32,166 nucleotides of DNA from a virus (taxonomy: Duplodnaviria > Caudoviricetes): the IMG/VR virus record IMGVR_UViG_3300020570_000022, positions 1 through 32,166 of that record. One strand, given 5' to 3'. This document shows positions 1 through 9,874 of this stretch, piece by piece. The notes beneath the pieces are model-generated. The model was not told the origin of the DNA. It ran no database searches and was given only the letters and a program-made list of their open reading frames with translations. Position numbers and translations under genes: made by a program. Numbering within the stretch: the stretch's first letter is position 1; each line of letters begins with the position of its first letter.

Positions 1-385
1 AAACCATCTTTTCGCGCTTTTCCTTAATATTACGGCGCATCATAATAAATTCGTTGTAGCCCTCCTTGCCTAGCCACCACAGTTCACCCAGAGTGAACAT
101 ATGCCGGATTTCTTCCTCCATCTGCTGGATCTTGATCTTGGCAGCATAGGTGTCGAATGCTTCAGCAGTCGCTGACTTCTTCCACACCAGTTTCTTGAAG
201 ATCGGAGGAGGCTTGTTGGCATTCTCCTCCTCTGTCCTGATCCACTCTTGCAGATCAGCAACAGCACCAGCCCATTTTCCTAACTGACCAAATACATCTT
301 CAGCTTCCCTGCCAATCTCAACTGCTTTTTTAAGACCGTTGAAAACCGCAGTTGCTGTGGCCAGCAGGGTAACTGGATCAAGCAT
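1..385 (-). CDS. Phage hypothetical protein, 3'-truncated by window edge (MLDPVTLLATATAVFNGLKKAVEIGREAEDVFGQLGKW...)
   Basis: Not in ORF track; ATG at 385 overlaps the upstream TAA (TAATG); open for 128 codons to the edge; amphipathic N-terminus and charged helical body. Confidence 0.85.
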   Translation of the reverse strand, partial: MLDPVTLLATATAVFNGLKKAVEIGREAEDVFGQLGKWAGAVADLQEWIRTEEENANKPPPIFKKLVWKKSATAEAFDTYAAKIKIQQMEEEIRHMFTLGELWWLGKEGYNEFIMMRRNIKEKREKMV

Positions 386-579
386 TACCTCACCCAATTA
401 TCCCAGGCTGTTTTCATAACCAGCAGAGCAGCGCCGATACCTGCAAGCCACTTCATAAACGCTACAAGCGTTTGAGCGGTTCTCCAGGCTTCTGCAAGGT
501 CTTTGATACTGTCGTTGAGACTGTCAACCTTCTGCTCAAGTTTCTCAACGTGAGCGCGGAGTTGCTCGACTTCGCTCAT
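385..579 (-). CDS. Small coiled-coil protein with C-terminal transmembrane helix (holin-like candidate), 64 aa
   Basis: Start at 579 gives ATGA overlap with fibre stop; heptad region then hydrophobic LVAFMKWLAGIGAALLVM; position after tail fibre. Confidence 0.6.
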   Translation of the reverse strand: MSEVEQLRAHVEKLEQKVDSLNDSIKDLAEAWRTAQTLVAFMKWLAGIGAALLVMKTAWDNWVR

Positions 580-1571
580 GCTGTCCTCTTCCACATATAA
601 ACCGTAATGTACGGCTGATAGTTGGCATTAGTACCGGACGAACCAGTGCTACCGGTCGTACCAGACACCGAGTGCGTATGATCGCCTGAAGCGTTACCAG
701 TTGCAAAGGTATGCGTATGAGCGCCAGCAGAGTTAATGCCATCAGTAATCGTACCAGTCGAGCCAGGGATTCGACCTTCAAAGAAATACTGGTTGCCGCC
801 AGTTGAAGTGGCGAAAGTGGCAGAGTGTGTATGCGTACCAGCAGAATCAGTCGTTCCTGAATGCGTATGCGTTGCGCTCTGGCCGCTAGATGTCGCGCTA
901 AACGAATGCGTGTGACTGACAACGATTGCATCAGCACTACCACCCGTTTCTTCCGCTGAGTCAAATAGCGGATTAGACGCATTAAATCCAACAGGAACAC
1001 GGCCAGCACCAAACGCAGTCCATGTGCCAAAACCAAGCAAAGAAGCAGGATTTGTGCTGTTTGTGGCGTTGATGTAGATCGACCCAACGGGGTAAATATT
1101 TGCCAGCAATGCAGCAGAAATTGCAGCAGTAACAAACGCAGTCGTTGCGACCGTAGTGTTGTTGGTTCCAGCAACTTGAGTCGCAGCAGTTGGTGACGCA
1201 GCAGTCAGATTCCCATCAACGTTTCCAGTGACATTTCCAGTGACATTGCCAGTGACATTGCCAACAAATCCAGCACTGGTAAACCGACCGACAGCAGATC
1301 CACCAGCAGCAACACCCAACTCGTTTGCAGTGACTCGATACAAACCAGTGTCTGTATCACCGTTGAACGTCCAAGATGGCGCAGCAGCGGTTCCTGCTGG
1401 AGCAATGTAGATGTCTTGAGCGCCAGACTGCCATTCCTTCAGGTCTGACATCAGCGTCCGAATAGCATTGTTGATCCCAGACGGAGCGCAGCCTTCAGCA
1501 ATGTTAATGCTGTTGATGTCTGTGTTGAGGTCTGGATTAGTGTCGAACTCGCTGATCTTAGTCTTTGCCAT
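576..1571 (-). CDS. Tail fibre protein with HxH metal-binding tip
   Basis: N-terminal anchor motif INIAEGCAPSGINNAIR; YPVGSIYIN...NP...GFGTW...GRVPVG and QPYITVYMWKRTA collar/gp10-C-like motifs; five HTH(S/T) motifs. Confidence 0.85.
   Translation of the reverse strand: MAKTKISEFDTNPDLNTDINSINIAEGCAPSGINNAIRTLMSDLKEWQSGAQDIYIAPAGTAAAPSWTFNGDTDTGLYRVTANELGVAAGGSAVGRFTSAGFVGNVTGNVTGNVTGNVDGNLTAASPTAATQVAGTNNTTVATTAFVTAAISAALLANIYPVGSIYINATNSTNPASLLGFGTWTAFGAGRVPVGFNASNPLFDSAEETGGSADAIVVSHTHSFSATSSGQSATHTHSGTTDSAGTHTHSATFATSTGGNQYFFEGRIPGSTGTITDGINSAGAHTHTFATGNASGDHTHSVSGTTGSTGSSGTNANYQPYITVYMWKRTA
1207..1262 (-). repeat. 12-bp tandem repeat encoding GNVT-GNVT-GNVT-GNVD-GNLT
   Basis: ccagtgacatt(t/g) x3 at 1225-1260 plus degenerate copies. 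Confidence 0.9.
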
Positions 1572-1573
1572 GA

Positions 1574-3493
1574 TTACTCCATCTCATCCATGAGACGCTG
1601 GAAACTCTGTACGCCAATTGCAATTTTCCGCTTGTCTTTGCCAGCAAGAGCCATTCGCTCAAGCTGCTTAACACCATCAGGACTGGTAATTGCAAGCGCA
1701 AGTTTTTCCATGTCCCTGCGATTTAAGATCGAATCAGTAAGACTTGAGATTGATTCAAGAGGCTTGCCAAGTCGTTTGGTAATGCTTTGAGTCGACTCAA
1801 ACAACTGTTGACGCTCAGCAGTCGGTGAACCGGCTGGAACGCGCTCTGCCTGAGTACGCAATGCACGAATCAGGTTGTCCATCCCATCTCGTGCGTTAGT
1901 ACCGTATGCAGTCCCAATTGCAGCAAGCAAGTTTTGACGCTGTGTTTCGTTGCCAAACACAGATTCTGCATATCTTGCACCACCACGCAAGTCTCTGCGA
2001 GCAGTAGCAGGAATGAGATCAAGCTGACTCTTGAGATAGTTAGCAACAAACTCTTGCGCCAGCATTGGATCTGAAACCTTTAGAGCATTGACGGTATCAG
2101 ATACTTTTGCAGGAATGATGTTCAATTCTATTGCATTGTTTGCAAAGACTTGACCATACTGCTGTGCTGTATTGCTTGTCTCAGCCAATCTTGCGATTGG
2201 GCTTGCTTGAATTGGCTCTTCAATAGCAGTACGAAGATTCCTGTACTGCGTCAAGGCTTGTTGGTATTGACCTCCAAGCGAAGCATCAACAGCGTTTTTA
2301 AGATCATCGTATGCTTTATTAAGCACACTTGCCTTTTCACGCTCTCCGCTGATGTTGTACTTATTTGCGCGCTCTCTTAGTTCTTTACGAACAACCTCCA
2401 AGAAACCAACAGAAGTCTCTGGCAATCCTTTAGTCTGCTCTTTCCAAACATCAAGACCTTTTACTCGATTGTAAGCAGACCTAACAACCTCGTTTTGCAT
2501 CAAAGCACTGAAATCTGCTCGTGGAATTGTAAGGCTTTCAATCTGTTGAAATGCTGGGCCACCAATCCTTGAAACTTGACTGCCAGCAGCGCGTTCAGCA
2601 GCCTCCGCTGCTCTCTGTACTTCAATGCCCATTGTTTCACGCGCTTGCTGCGGAAACATCTGCTCAATCTGCCTAGCGGTTTGTGCTTCTCGACCAGCAA
2701 GAAACTCACCCATGACTGGAGCACCAGTCGGAGATGTTTCAATCTGCCGCTGAATCTGCGGGAGTTTGGTAATACCGCCAGTAATTAAACCGCGAGTCTC
2801 TCCAGTTGCTCTCTGCAAAGCCTCAAGCGCAGTAACAGGCGTTGGAGCCTGTTGCATAATCTCTTCAGCAATGGCTTTCTCGGCAGGTGTAACTTGGGCC
2901 ATCTGTTCAGAGATACGGGCTTGAATTGGGCTTCTGATGGCCATAGGCGCTGCTGCCAAAGGAGCAGCAATACCACCTACTGCGCGAGCCGTAGGCTCTT
3001 GTGCAGTGCCTCTAAACGGGATTGCAGCAACTTCCTCACCAACAGCAGAGAGCGCAGCAGGAATGGTTGCGCCAGGAACAGGTGCTGATACAAGGTTTCT
3101 AATGAAATTCTGCAAGGTTTGGCCAGGGATGGTTTCTGCCTTGGCCATCGGAACTCCAGCGCGTCTGACGCTTTGCTGGATCTGTTCTGGAGTTGGCGCA
3201 TAAGACAGGAGATCAAGCCTTTTTGCTTCTTCTGGAACCGTTGGAACAGGAACACCAAGGATTCGCGCAATAAGCGGATCAAGTTTGCTCTCAACAGCAC
3301 TAACTCCTGCCTTGAACAAACCAGGAAGACCAAGGATTGACGAAACACCCGCGACAATAGGCTCGTTGACCTTTGAAACGATACCTGCGCGCTCTAATCC
3401 TTCGCTTTTTAGAACCTGATCAATGTAAGAATCTGTAGCATCTTCATTGAACAATGCAGTCGTTCCATCAGTTAACCTGACTTGCTTTGCCAT
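1574..3493 (-). CDS. Large internal virion (ejection) protein
   Basis: About 640 aa, Ala/Gln-rich, helical; last of four genes between nozzle and fibre as in podoviruses; AGGTG RBS favours ATG 3493 over GTG 3502. Confidence 0.7.
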   Translation of the reverse strand: MAKQVRLTDGTTALFNEDATDSYIDQVLKSEGLERAGIVSKVNEPIVAGVSSILGLPGLFKAGVSAVESKLDPLIARILGVPVPTVPEEAKRLDLLSYAPTPEQIQQSVRRAGVPMAKAETIPGQTLQNFIRNLVSAPVPGATIPAALSAVGEEVAAIPFRGTAQEPTARAVGGIAAPLAAAPMAIRSPIQARISEQMAQVTPAEKAIAEEIMQQAPTPVTALEALQRATGETRGLITGGITKLPQIQRQIETSPTGAPVMGEFLAGREAQTARQIEQMFPQQARETMGIEVQRAAEAAERAAGSQVSRIGGPAFQQIESLTIPRADFSALMQNEVVRSAYNRVKGLDVWKEQTKGLPETSVGFLEVVRKELRERANKYNISGEREKASVLNKAYDDLKNAVDASLGGQYQQALTQYRNLRTAIEEPIQASPIARLAETSNTAQQYGQVFANNAIELNIIPAKVSDTVNALKVSDPMLAQEFVANYLKSQLDLIPATARRDLRGGARYAESVFGNETQRQNLLAAIGTAYGTNARDGMDNLIRALRTQAERVPAGSPTAERQQLFESTQSITKRLGKPLESISSLTDSILNRRDMEKLALAITSPDGVKQLERMALAGKDKRKIAIGVQSFQRLMDEME

Positions 3494-3498
3494 GACTG

Positions 3499-4917
3499 TC
3501 ACCTGTTACGGAAATCGCGCACACCAGGAGTCGTCGTCGTCGCCGGTTGGTTTCTAACAGCAACGGCTTGACGAATTTTGTCCCTAAAATCATCAGTCAT
3601 CAGTGGCCCAAGCGACTCATCGTACCTAGCCATCTCTTCTTCTGAGTACTTCTGTTGAGCAGCAAGTTTTCTTGCGTAATCAGACAGTTTTGCAGATCTT
3701 TGGGCAGAAAGTTTGGCAAATTCTGCCATCATCTCTCGACCTTGTTCTGTCACAGACAGGCTTGGGACAGCTTGCAAGAACGCACTAAATTCAATGTTAG
3801 ATGTTGCCCCAGATCCTGGGGCACGAACACCAACAGCAGCCCTAGTTGCTAGTGATTGTGCAAGCGCATTCGCATCAGCAAGCTCAGACGAAATACCAAG
3901 ACGCTGTTGAATATCAGCGGCAAGTTTTACAGTTCCACCGCCACCCATGCCTTTAAGCAGTGTGTTGACTGTGTTAGCCGTGGTTGCAAATTCTCGCGCA
4001 GCTTTTGCGGCATCAGAGAAGTCAGCAACACGCTTTAGATCAACTTCTTTGAACAAGGATTCTTGTACTTGTTGCGGAAGATTGACTTGTACTGCCTTCA
4101 GTCTTGCTTGATTGGCTGCGTATTGCTCAAACGGAACAGGAGTACCTCCTTGGCTAAGCGTCTCCTGTTTGTAATACTCATAATTTCTGATGTCTGAACT
4201 GCTTCTGCCAGATAGCGTCTCTTCCATCTTTGCAAGAGACTCAATGCGTTTGTTGACAGTATCCTCGTCCATCATCCCAGTTCTATAAGACTGGGCAAAT
4301 TGATTGGCAGCAGCTTTAATTGCAGGGCTTTCAGACTGAGCAAAGAATGCAAACGGATTGTCTTGGCGACCACCACCAAGCATCATCTGCGTTCTACGCA
4401 ATCCAGGAACTAATTCTGTCACAGCCTTAATAGTTGATAGTGGGTCTTGTGACAGCGATGCAACCCGCTGCAAGGTTTGCATATTCAACAAAGGCTGATC
4501 CAGCGTTCCTGCCTCGGCAGATCGAATCAACCCTGCCAACGGATCTTGACCTTGCGCTCCAGTTGTAAGAGCTTGCTGGCGTTCAGTGGTAAACAATTGA
4601 GGCACAAGTTCTCGGAATGCTCGCTGCTGCTGTTGCTGGCGCTGCATTTCCTGCATTTTAAGAGCCATTTGCTGGCCCTGGATCTGCTCCGACAGCGCAC
4701 CCCTGTACGCCTGTTGGCCAGCCTGGAGTCCAGCACCGATAGCCTGACCGATGTTGGTTCGCTGTCGGCTAGGCCCACCGGCTTGCAACAGACCAGCAGC
4801 AAGACCTAGCAGACCCTGCTGTCGAGCCTGTTGAAGTGCAATCTGCGACTCATCTCCGAGCAACCCAGAGACATACTGAGGTTGCGGAAACAGTCGATCA
4901 AGGATTCCATCCATCAT
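3499..4917 (-). CDS. Internal virion (ejection) protein, 472 aa
   Basis: QGLLGLAAGLLQAGGPS...IGQAIGAGLQAG N-terminus, Gln-rich helices, GSGATSNIEF motif; GAGGTG RBS. Confidence 0.7.
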   Translation of the reverse strand: MMDGILDRLFPQPQYVSGLLGDESQIALQQARQQGLLGLAAGLLQAGGPSRQRTNIGQAIGAGLQAGQQAYRGALSEQIQGQQMALKMQEMQRQQQQQRAFRELVPQLFTTERQQALTTGAQGQDPLAGLIRSAEAGTLDQPLLNMQTLQRVASLSQDPLSTIKAVTELVPGLRRTQMMLGGGRQDNPFAFFAQSESPAIKAAANQFAQSYRTGMMDEDTVNKRIESLAKMEETLSGRSSSDIRNYEYYKQETLSQGGTPVPFEQYAANQARLKAVQVNLPQQVQESLFKEVDLKRVADFSDAAKAAREFATTANTVNTLLKGMGGGGTVKLAADIQQRLGISSELADANALAQSLATRAAVGVRAPGSGATSNIEFSAFLQAVPSLSVTEQGREMMAEFAKLSAQRSAKLSDYARKLAAQQKYSEEEMARYDESLGPLMTDDFRDKIRQAVAVRNQPATTTTPGVRDFRNR

Positions 4918-4922
4918 TCACC

Positions 4923-5465
4923 TCACAGCAGAGACAGTCTGCGCGATTCAATCGGCTCAAGGTCTTGCAGGAATGGCACAGGTGGCAATCCAAACCTGCT
5001 TTGCATGGTCATCATCCTGCGATCCATCGGGATAGTGTCGAACATTCCAGCATCGATAGCGCGGATCTGATCGAGTGTGATCGGAACCTGCTGACCAGGA
5101 CGCAGCGGCATAGCCTGTGCAACCGGAGGTTTAGGTTGCAACGCTCCAGCCAACTGAGCGCCAGCCATGAGGCTTTGCGGAGTCGTTGCTTTGGACATAA
5201 ATCCAGCCAGAGGTGACGCAGGAGCAGCAGCCAGTTGAGTCTCTAGCGCCATGCCAGGGATGAAAGTTCCTCCAGCAGCAGCACCAGTACCTGCGGCAGT
5301 TCCGGCAGCAGTACCAGCAGCACCACCGCCCATGAGAGCAGGAGCAACAGCACCACCACCGAAACCAAGAGTCGCTCCAATGAGCGCGCCTTTGACCGGA
5401 TCTTTCTTATTAGTGGCAGCACCAGCGACAGCCCCGATAGCGGCAAGAGTTACGGGATCAGCCAT
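4923..5465 (-). CDS. Small Gly/Ala-rich internal virion protein (membrane-interacting candidate)
   Basis: Glycine-zipper-like GAVAGAA...GALIGATLGFGGG; GAGGT RBS; position in ejection cluster. Confidence 0.65.
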   Translation of the reverse strand: MADPVTLAAIGAVAGAATNKKDPVKGALIGATLGFGGGAVAPALMGGGAAGTAAGTAAGTGAAAGGTFIPGMALETQLAAAPASPLAGFMSKATTPQSLMAGAQLAGALQPKPPVAQAMPLRPGQQVPITLDQIRAIDAGMFDTIPMDRRMMTMQSRFGLPPVPFLQDLEPIESRRLSLL

Positions 5466-5467
5466 GA

Positions 5468-6598
5468 TTACCTCGCAGGAGCCTGTTGCGGTTGATTGAA
5501 TGCAGACACCAGCGCAGCACCACCAAGCAAACTGGCAGCAGGGTTAGTGTAGGACGGTGCGGCTTGTTGAGCACCTTGCGGAAACCCTGACAAAAATGCG
5601 CTGTATTGCGACAGAGCACGATAAGGAGCTTCCTGCTGGAAGTTGTATCGATTGATAGCGTCTTGCAGAACCTGACGCTGATACTGCTCTTGGAGTTGAC
5701 CGGCTTGCAAAAGCTTCTGAGCACCAGCGTAATCCTGTTCAGCAAGTGCCGGAGCGATATTAGCTGCCTGAAGCTGAATGCCAGCAGCACCCTGAGCAGC
5801 ACCAGTCAGACCCTGTGCAGCTTGGAGTTGCGTGGACAGACCTTGATACTGGCCCTGGCCGATGCCAGCAGCAGCAGCAAGTTGGTTAATGAGAGCTTGC
5901 TGTTGAGCCTGTTGCTGACGGTTAAGAGCTTGCTCTTGGAACTGCCGTTCAGCTTGGTATCCCTGGAAAGCAAGACGCTCACCAAGACCAGACAGGTTGG
6001 AAGCAAGAGACTCAGCAGCGCCAGCCTGAAGTTGACCCATCGCAGACGATCCAAACCTGCCAGCGCGAGAGGCTTGCGATGCAATATCTTGGATCTGTGA
6101 TTGGAATCGCTGCTCAATCGGCCTAGCCGCAGCAGCGAAAGTACCCTGGAGAAATGGATTCATCCCAAGGTATGCGCCACCAGCAGTCTGATCAGCAGCA
6201 ACTTCACCGGCTCGACCGTAGATGTCCTGATACATACCTGCGGCTTGCGGTTGTGCAGCACCGTAGATGTTCTGGAACATACCAGCACCGGGTGACTGGA
6301 AACCAGTCAACCCACCGACAGCCTGTTGAGCCTGGGAAACTAGCGGAGATCCTGCCTGTGCGCGTTCAGCAGCAGACTGAATCGCTTGAGTCGTAAAGTC
6401 TGAAGGCCCGACATAGGTTTGACCAGAAAAAAACTGCGGGACAAAACCCGCTCTCATCTCGCCAGTCGTCGGGTCTTTGAACTGCAATTGCCCTGTCTGG
6501 AACAGACTCTGAGCGCCACTCAGACCCTGCTCGACAAACGGAACAAGTCTAGGATCAATCCTAGTTTCGGTTACTTCCGGTCTGCTTCTGGAACCCAT
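5468..6598 (-). CDS. Gln/Ala/Gly-rich internal virion protein, 376 aa
   Basis: NPFLQG...AGRFGSS motif, very Gln-rich, hydrophobic C-terminus; GAGGTG RBS. Confidence 0.7.
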   Translation of the reverse strand: MGSRSRPEVTETRIDPRLVPFVEQGLSGAQSLFQTGQLQFKDPTTGEMRAGFVPQFFSGQTYVGPSDFTTQAIQSAAERAQAGSPLVSQAQQAVGGLTGFQSPGAGMFQNIYGAAQPQAAGMYQDIYGRAGEVAADQTAGGAYLGMNPFLQGTFAAAARPIEQRFQSQIQDIASQASRAGRFGSSAMGQLQAGAAESLASNLSGLGERLAFQGYQAERQFQEQALNRQQQAQQQALINQLAAAAGIGQGQYQGLSTQLQAAQGLTGAAQGAAGIQLQAANIAPALAEQDYAGAQKLLQAGQLQEQYQRQVLQDAINRYNFQQEAPYRALSQYSAFLSGFPQGAQQAAPSYTNPAASLLGGAALVSAFNQPQQAPAR

Positions 6599-6995
6599 GT
6601 TTCACCTCTGCAATCCATTTGACAGGCTGAAATCCGTATCTGCCTGCTATCTTCGCCCACCCAGGACGATTGCTGTCGAATGAGATTTTACGCGCTCCAC
6701 CCGCTAGCGCAATCTCATGGGCATGACGGAAACCATCTCCCATCAGAAACTTGCCCCAACCAGCCCAAATGTGCAGAGTGTCACCCATCGGCTGCAAAAC
6801 TCCAAACCCGACAGGATTTCCGTCCTCTACCATCAACCAGAGCATCGACCGACCCTCGAAACAGTCAGCATAGATGTCTTCCGGTATCCACTGATCCCTG
6901 CTTGCCCTCTTGACCTCCAGCAGTCCTGGCCGTACAAATTCCCACACTTCCCGCAACTTCTGCGGCTCTACAAACACTCTAACCGAGAACGACAT
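6561..6995 (-). CDS. Degenerate GNAT-fold-like protein (positional equivalent of T7 gp13)
   Basis: W-x-P-E-D-I-Y, LWLMVEDGNPVGFGVL, LHIWAGW, SNRPGW...YGF motifs; position just before ejection genes; start uncertain. Confidence 0.6.
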   Translation of the reverse strand: MSFSVRVFVEPQKLREVWEFVRPGLLEVKRASRDQWIPEDIYADCFEGRSMLWLMVEDGNPVGFGVLQPMGDTLHIWAGWGKFLMGDGFRHAHEIALAGGARKISFDSNRPGWAKIAGRYGFQPVKWIAEVKHGFQKQTGSNRN

Positions 6996-7758
6996 ATCGA
7001 TACGTCTTATCCGCAGTCGAGTTGGCAAAGTGATTAACTGTGCATTCGCCTTGCAACTGATTGGATGCGTAAATGTCAGATGAGGACGATTCGTCTACCT
7101 TGTTGATCGTGACGATTGCGCTTGGTGTTGTCGGTCGAGTCGGATTCGTTTGCGCTGCAAGCTGTTCTAGACTTACATCCGTCGAAGTAGTAGACCACAT
7201 CAACTGAACATAATCACCTGCTGCCATTTCCAAGTAAAAATTTAGAGCAGCAATCAAATGCCCATCCGTACCACCATGAGAATTAGGCACTGAAAACTTA
7301 CTGTTTGATCCAGCAATATCCGTACCGTTTTTCCTGAACCAAACGTCTACATCTTGGATCGCCACATTAGTGTTGGCAAACTGGAACGAAAACTGAATGT
7401 TGTACACACCAGCAGATCGGACAGTAATCTGAGAACTGCTGACAATAGCAACACCAACAGCGTAATCCGTCGTGTTGAGCGTAACGGCATAAGCAGCAGT
7501 GGTGCTGGCAGCGGTCTGATCTGTGGTGTCCTGAAATGCCCCGTAGGGGACTGCATCTGCTATGGCAGCAGCAGAGGATGGGACAAACAAAATAATGCTG
7601 TCAGGGCTGATCCTAGCGTCGTACAGGGTCGTTGTCGTAGCGTTCCCAGTTGCCAGAGTCACCAACCCAACAGAGTTGACTTTGCCATCCAGAACTCGAT
7701 TGACAACTTCAGCAACCTCTCGCTGACTACCACCCTGCTGCGGCAACCTGCGAAACAT
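6979..7758 (-). CDS. Tail-associated protein with internal C1q/BclA-like beta-sandwich domain
   Basis: PYGAF...ITVRSAGVYNIQFSFQF...VWFRKNG...LEMAAGDYVQL pattern typical of C1q/TNF-like jelly rolls; directly after nozzle. Confidence 0.7.
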   Translation of the reverse strand: MFRRLPQQGGSQREVAEVVNRVLDGKVNSVGLVTLATGNATTTTLYDARISPDSIILFVPSSAAAIADAVPYGAFQDTTDQTAASTTAAYAVTLNTTDYAVGVAIVSSSQITVRSAGVYNIQFSFQFANTNVAIQDVDVWFRKNGTDIAGSNSKFSVPNSHGGTDGHLIAALNFYLEMAAGDYVQLMWSTTSTDVSLEQLAAQTNPTRPTTPSAIVTINKVDESSSSDIYASNQLQGECTVNHFANSTADKTYRYVVLG

Positions 7759-9179
7759 CAGCGCCCACCAACAGGAACGATGTCCACATCAACACCAACC
7801 GCAGTGTCGTAGTTCCCGGTCGGAGTGATCGACAGACGATGATAGTTTCCACGCGATCTCAGGCTCACCCTGTTCTCGCTGTCAGCAGCAACCGCAGCAG
7901 AGTAGCTGATAGCCCCGTCAAGCCGTTTTCTGGATGAGACTGATACGGTGGCACTACCGTTGTCAATCTGTGGCCTAGCAAGCCTTATAAGCGTTTCCTG
8001 GCCTTCTACGGTGATGTCGCCTGTGTTGATCGTTCCGGTGAGATCAGTTCCAGCAAAGGTCACAATCCTAGCCCCGGATACACCACCCAAGATCAGTTTG
8101 CCACCAGTCCACAAACGCGAGTCCAGAGAGGCTGGCAACGCATCTAAACTAGCTGAGATGTTGTCCAACTGTTCCAGAGTTGTGGACGCAGTCGCAATGC
8201 TGGAAATGTAGTCAGCACCAGAGTCACCGTGTGACCAACGATCTGTTGACCAGTTGTAGATCAGGAGCTTCTGGACGTTGAAAATGTCCCGGAAGCACCA
8301 CAGAACCAGTTTGTTGACCGGATCTACAGCAGCACTCATCTTGCTGAACTGAGATGGATCTGCGTTAGCGTAAAACCACCTATCAACCCTCTCTGCTCCG
8401 ATAGGCTTGACCTGCTGACCATCGGTCATAAAGAACCCGTCATCGCTCAGGAAGAACGTCATCGGGCCATATTGAGCAATCGACCGAGACTCGTAACAGC
8501 CTACGTTTCGAGCAATGTTGTCGAACTGGAAGAACAACGGTGCGCCGATGTAGGTCATGCGATACAGACCACGTTCCATCAGCACGACACCAAACTCACC
8601 TCCGGTGATACCGCGAATCTCACCACCGTCAGGAATGTCCTGCGTGTCGGATTGGCTGGCAGCACCAGGAGTCCAGTCGGTTTCATCATTTATGTCCGAC
8701 CAGAGTACACGGTTAGGATAAGTTGCGGTTTTGCCAGCGACAACAAAGTCCCGCACAACGGTCACAAACGATGCAGTAGGAGCAGCAGCAGCAAGGTCAG
8801 CAAACCTTGTGCTGGATGCCATGTTCCATGCTTGGAGTTTGTCAACACCGTTGGACGCAATCACCTGAGATCCAAACTGAGTGAACTGCCAAAAGTCAGT
8901 TGTGGAGTAAGCAGTCGGAGTCCTGGAAACATCATCCAGATCAGCGTCAGCAGGATCGAACTTGAACAGTTTGCCAGCACCAGCAGCAAACAGCGTGGTA
9001 GCGCCAGCCCATCGGCCAGGAAACACCGTCAGCAGATTCTCACTAGCAGCATCAGACAGGTTAGCTGTTCCATTCAGCGATCCATACCCTGATGCTGTAG
9101 GAAGCACATTCTTGGCCTCTGTCAGGTTTCCTGCAACACCAGGACGGTCAGGCGTCCATTGACCAAACACCACTCTCAT
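7758..9179 (-). CDS. Tail nozzle / DNA stabilisation protein (T7 gp12 / P22 gp10-like)
   Basis: Beta-propeller-like repeats (WQFTQFG, NRVLWSDINDETDW, FFLSDDGFF, LLIYNW); ATG 9179 gives ATGA overlap. Confidence 0.8.
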   Translation of the reverse strand: MRVVFGQWTPDRPGVAGNLTEAKNVLPTASGYGSLNGTANLSDAASENLLTVFPGRWAGATTLFAAGAGKLFKFDPADADLDDVSRTPTAYSTTDFWQFTQFGSQVIASNGVDKLQAWNMASSTRFADLAAAAPTASFVTVVRDFVVAGKTATYPNRVLWSDINDETDWTPGAASQSDTQDIPDGGEIRGITGGEFGVVLMERGLYRMTYIGAPLFFQFDNIARNVGCYESRSIAQYGPMTFFLSDDGFFMTDGQQVKPIGAERVDRWFYANADPSQFSKMSAAVDPVNKLVLWCFRDIFNVQKLLIYNWSTDRWSHGDSGADYISSIATASTTLEQLDNISASLDALPASLDSRLWTGGKLILGGVSGARIVTFAGTDLTGTINTGDITVEGQETLIRLARPQIDNGSATVSVSSRKRLDGAISYSAAVAADSENRVSLRSRGNYHRLSITPTGNYDTAVGVDVDIVPVGGR

Positions 9180-9874
9180 TGTGTCGTCCAAGTATTCGAT
9201 CCGGTTGCCTTTGGCGTCCAGACATCAGAGCCAGGAACAACATCCGTCCACACATTAGCCTCATCATCAGGGTTGCTCCACACACCAGTGAGTGTAACAG
9301 TCCCGACAGAAGTTGTCGCTTGCAAACCAGTGACATATAGATAATTGTTGCTCTCTAAAGTGATCGTCCCTAGAACAGTCGTCCCTTGAACACCAGTAAC
9401 AGGAACAACAACTAGAACAGTAACCGTACCAATTTGACCTATTGCCGATACACCAGTCAGAGCAACAACCGCATCAGCAGTTACAACTACAGAACCAACA
9501 AGTCCAGATGCTGATACACCTGTTAAATCAACAAAAACGTTGATCGCAACAACAACAGAACCGACATCACCGTTAGCAGACACCCCAGTAACTGACGCTA
9601 CTGCTTCAGCGGCGACGGTCACGGACCCAACTTGACCAGTAGCCTCTAGCCCCGTGACAAGAACATCGGCTCCTGCTACGGTAGCAACAACACCGACTTG
9701 TCCGGTGGCTTCTAGGCCTGTGACGGATACATCCGCACCTGCGGCAACCGCTACCGTTCCAACAGATCCGGTGGCAGACACGCCCGTGACATTGACAGTA
9801 ACACCGCCCGGAGCCTCAAACAGCCAACCGAGACTGCCGTTGTTAGTGGAATTAGTGCCAGCGTACCAAGTCAT
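9176..9874 (-). CDS. Val/Gly/Thr-rich repeat virion protein; possibly the frameshifted C-terminal part of the 1630-aa protein
   Basis: Eight ~22-aa repeats VxVTG(V/L)xAxGxVGxV, then four Trp at 10-aa spacing; first ~20 aa look like the end of the upstream protein's last module. Confidence 0.75.
   Translation of the reverse strand: MTWYAGTNSTNNGSLGWLFEAPGGVTVNVTGVSATGSVGTVAVAAGADVSVTGLEATGQVGVVATVAGADVLVTGLEATGQVGSVTVAAEAVASVTGVSANGDVGSVVVAINVFVDLTGVSASGLVGSVVVTADAVVALTGVSAIGQIGTVTVLVVVPVTGVQGTTVLGTITLESNNYLYVTGLQATTSVGTVTLTGVWSNPDDEANVWTDVVPGSDVWTPKATGSNTWTTQ

Noticed and set aside
545-1174. 209-aa alternative-frame ORF within the tail fibre gene
   Set aside because: Leu/Arg-rich shadow of Thr/Ala/Ser codons; no independent signals
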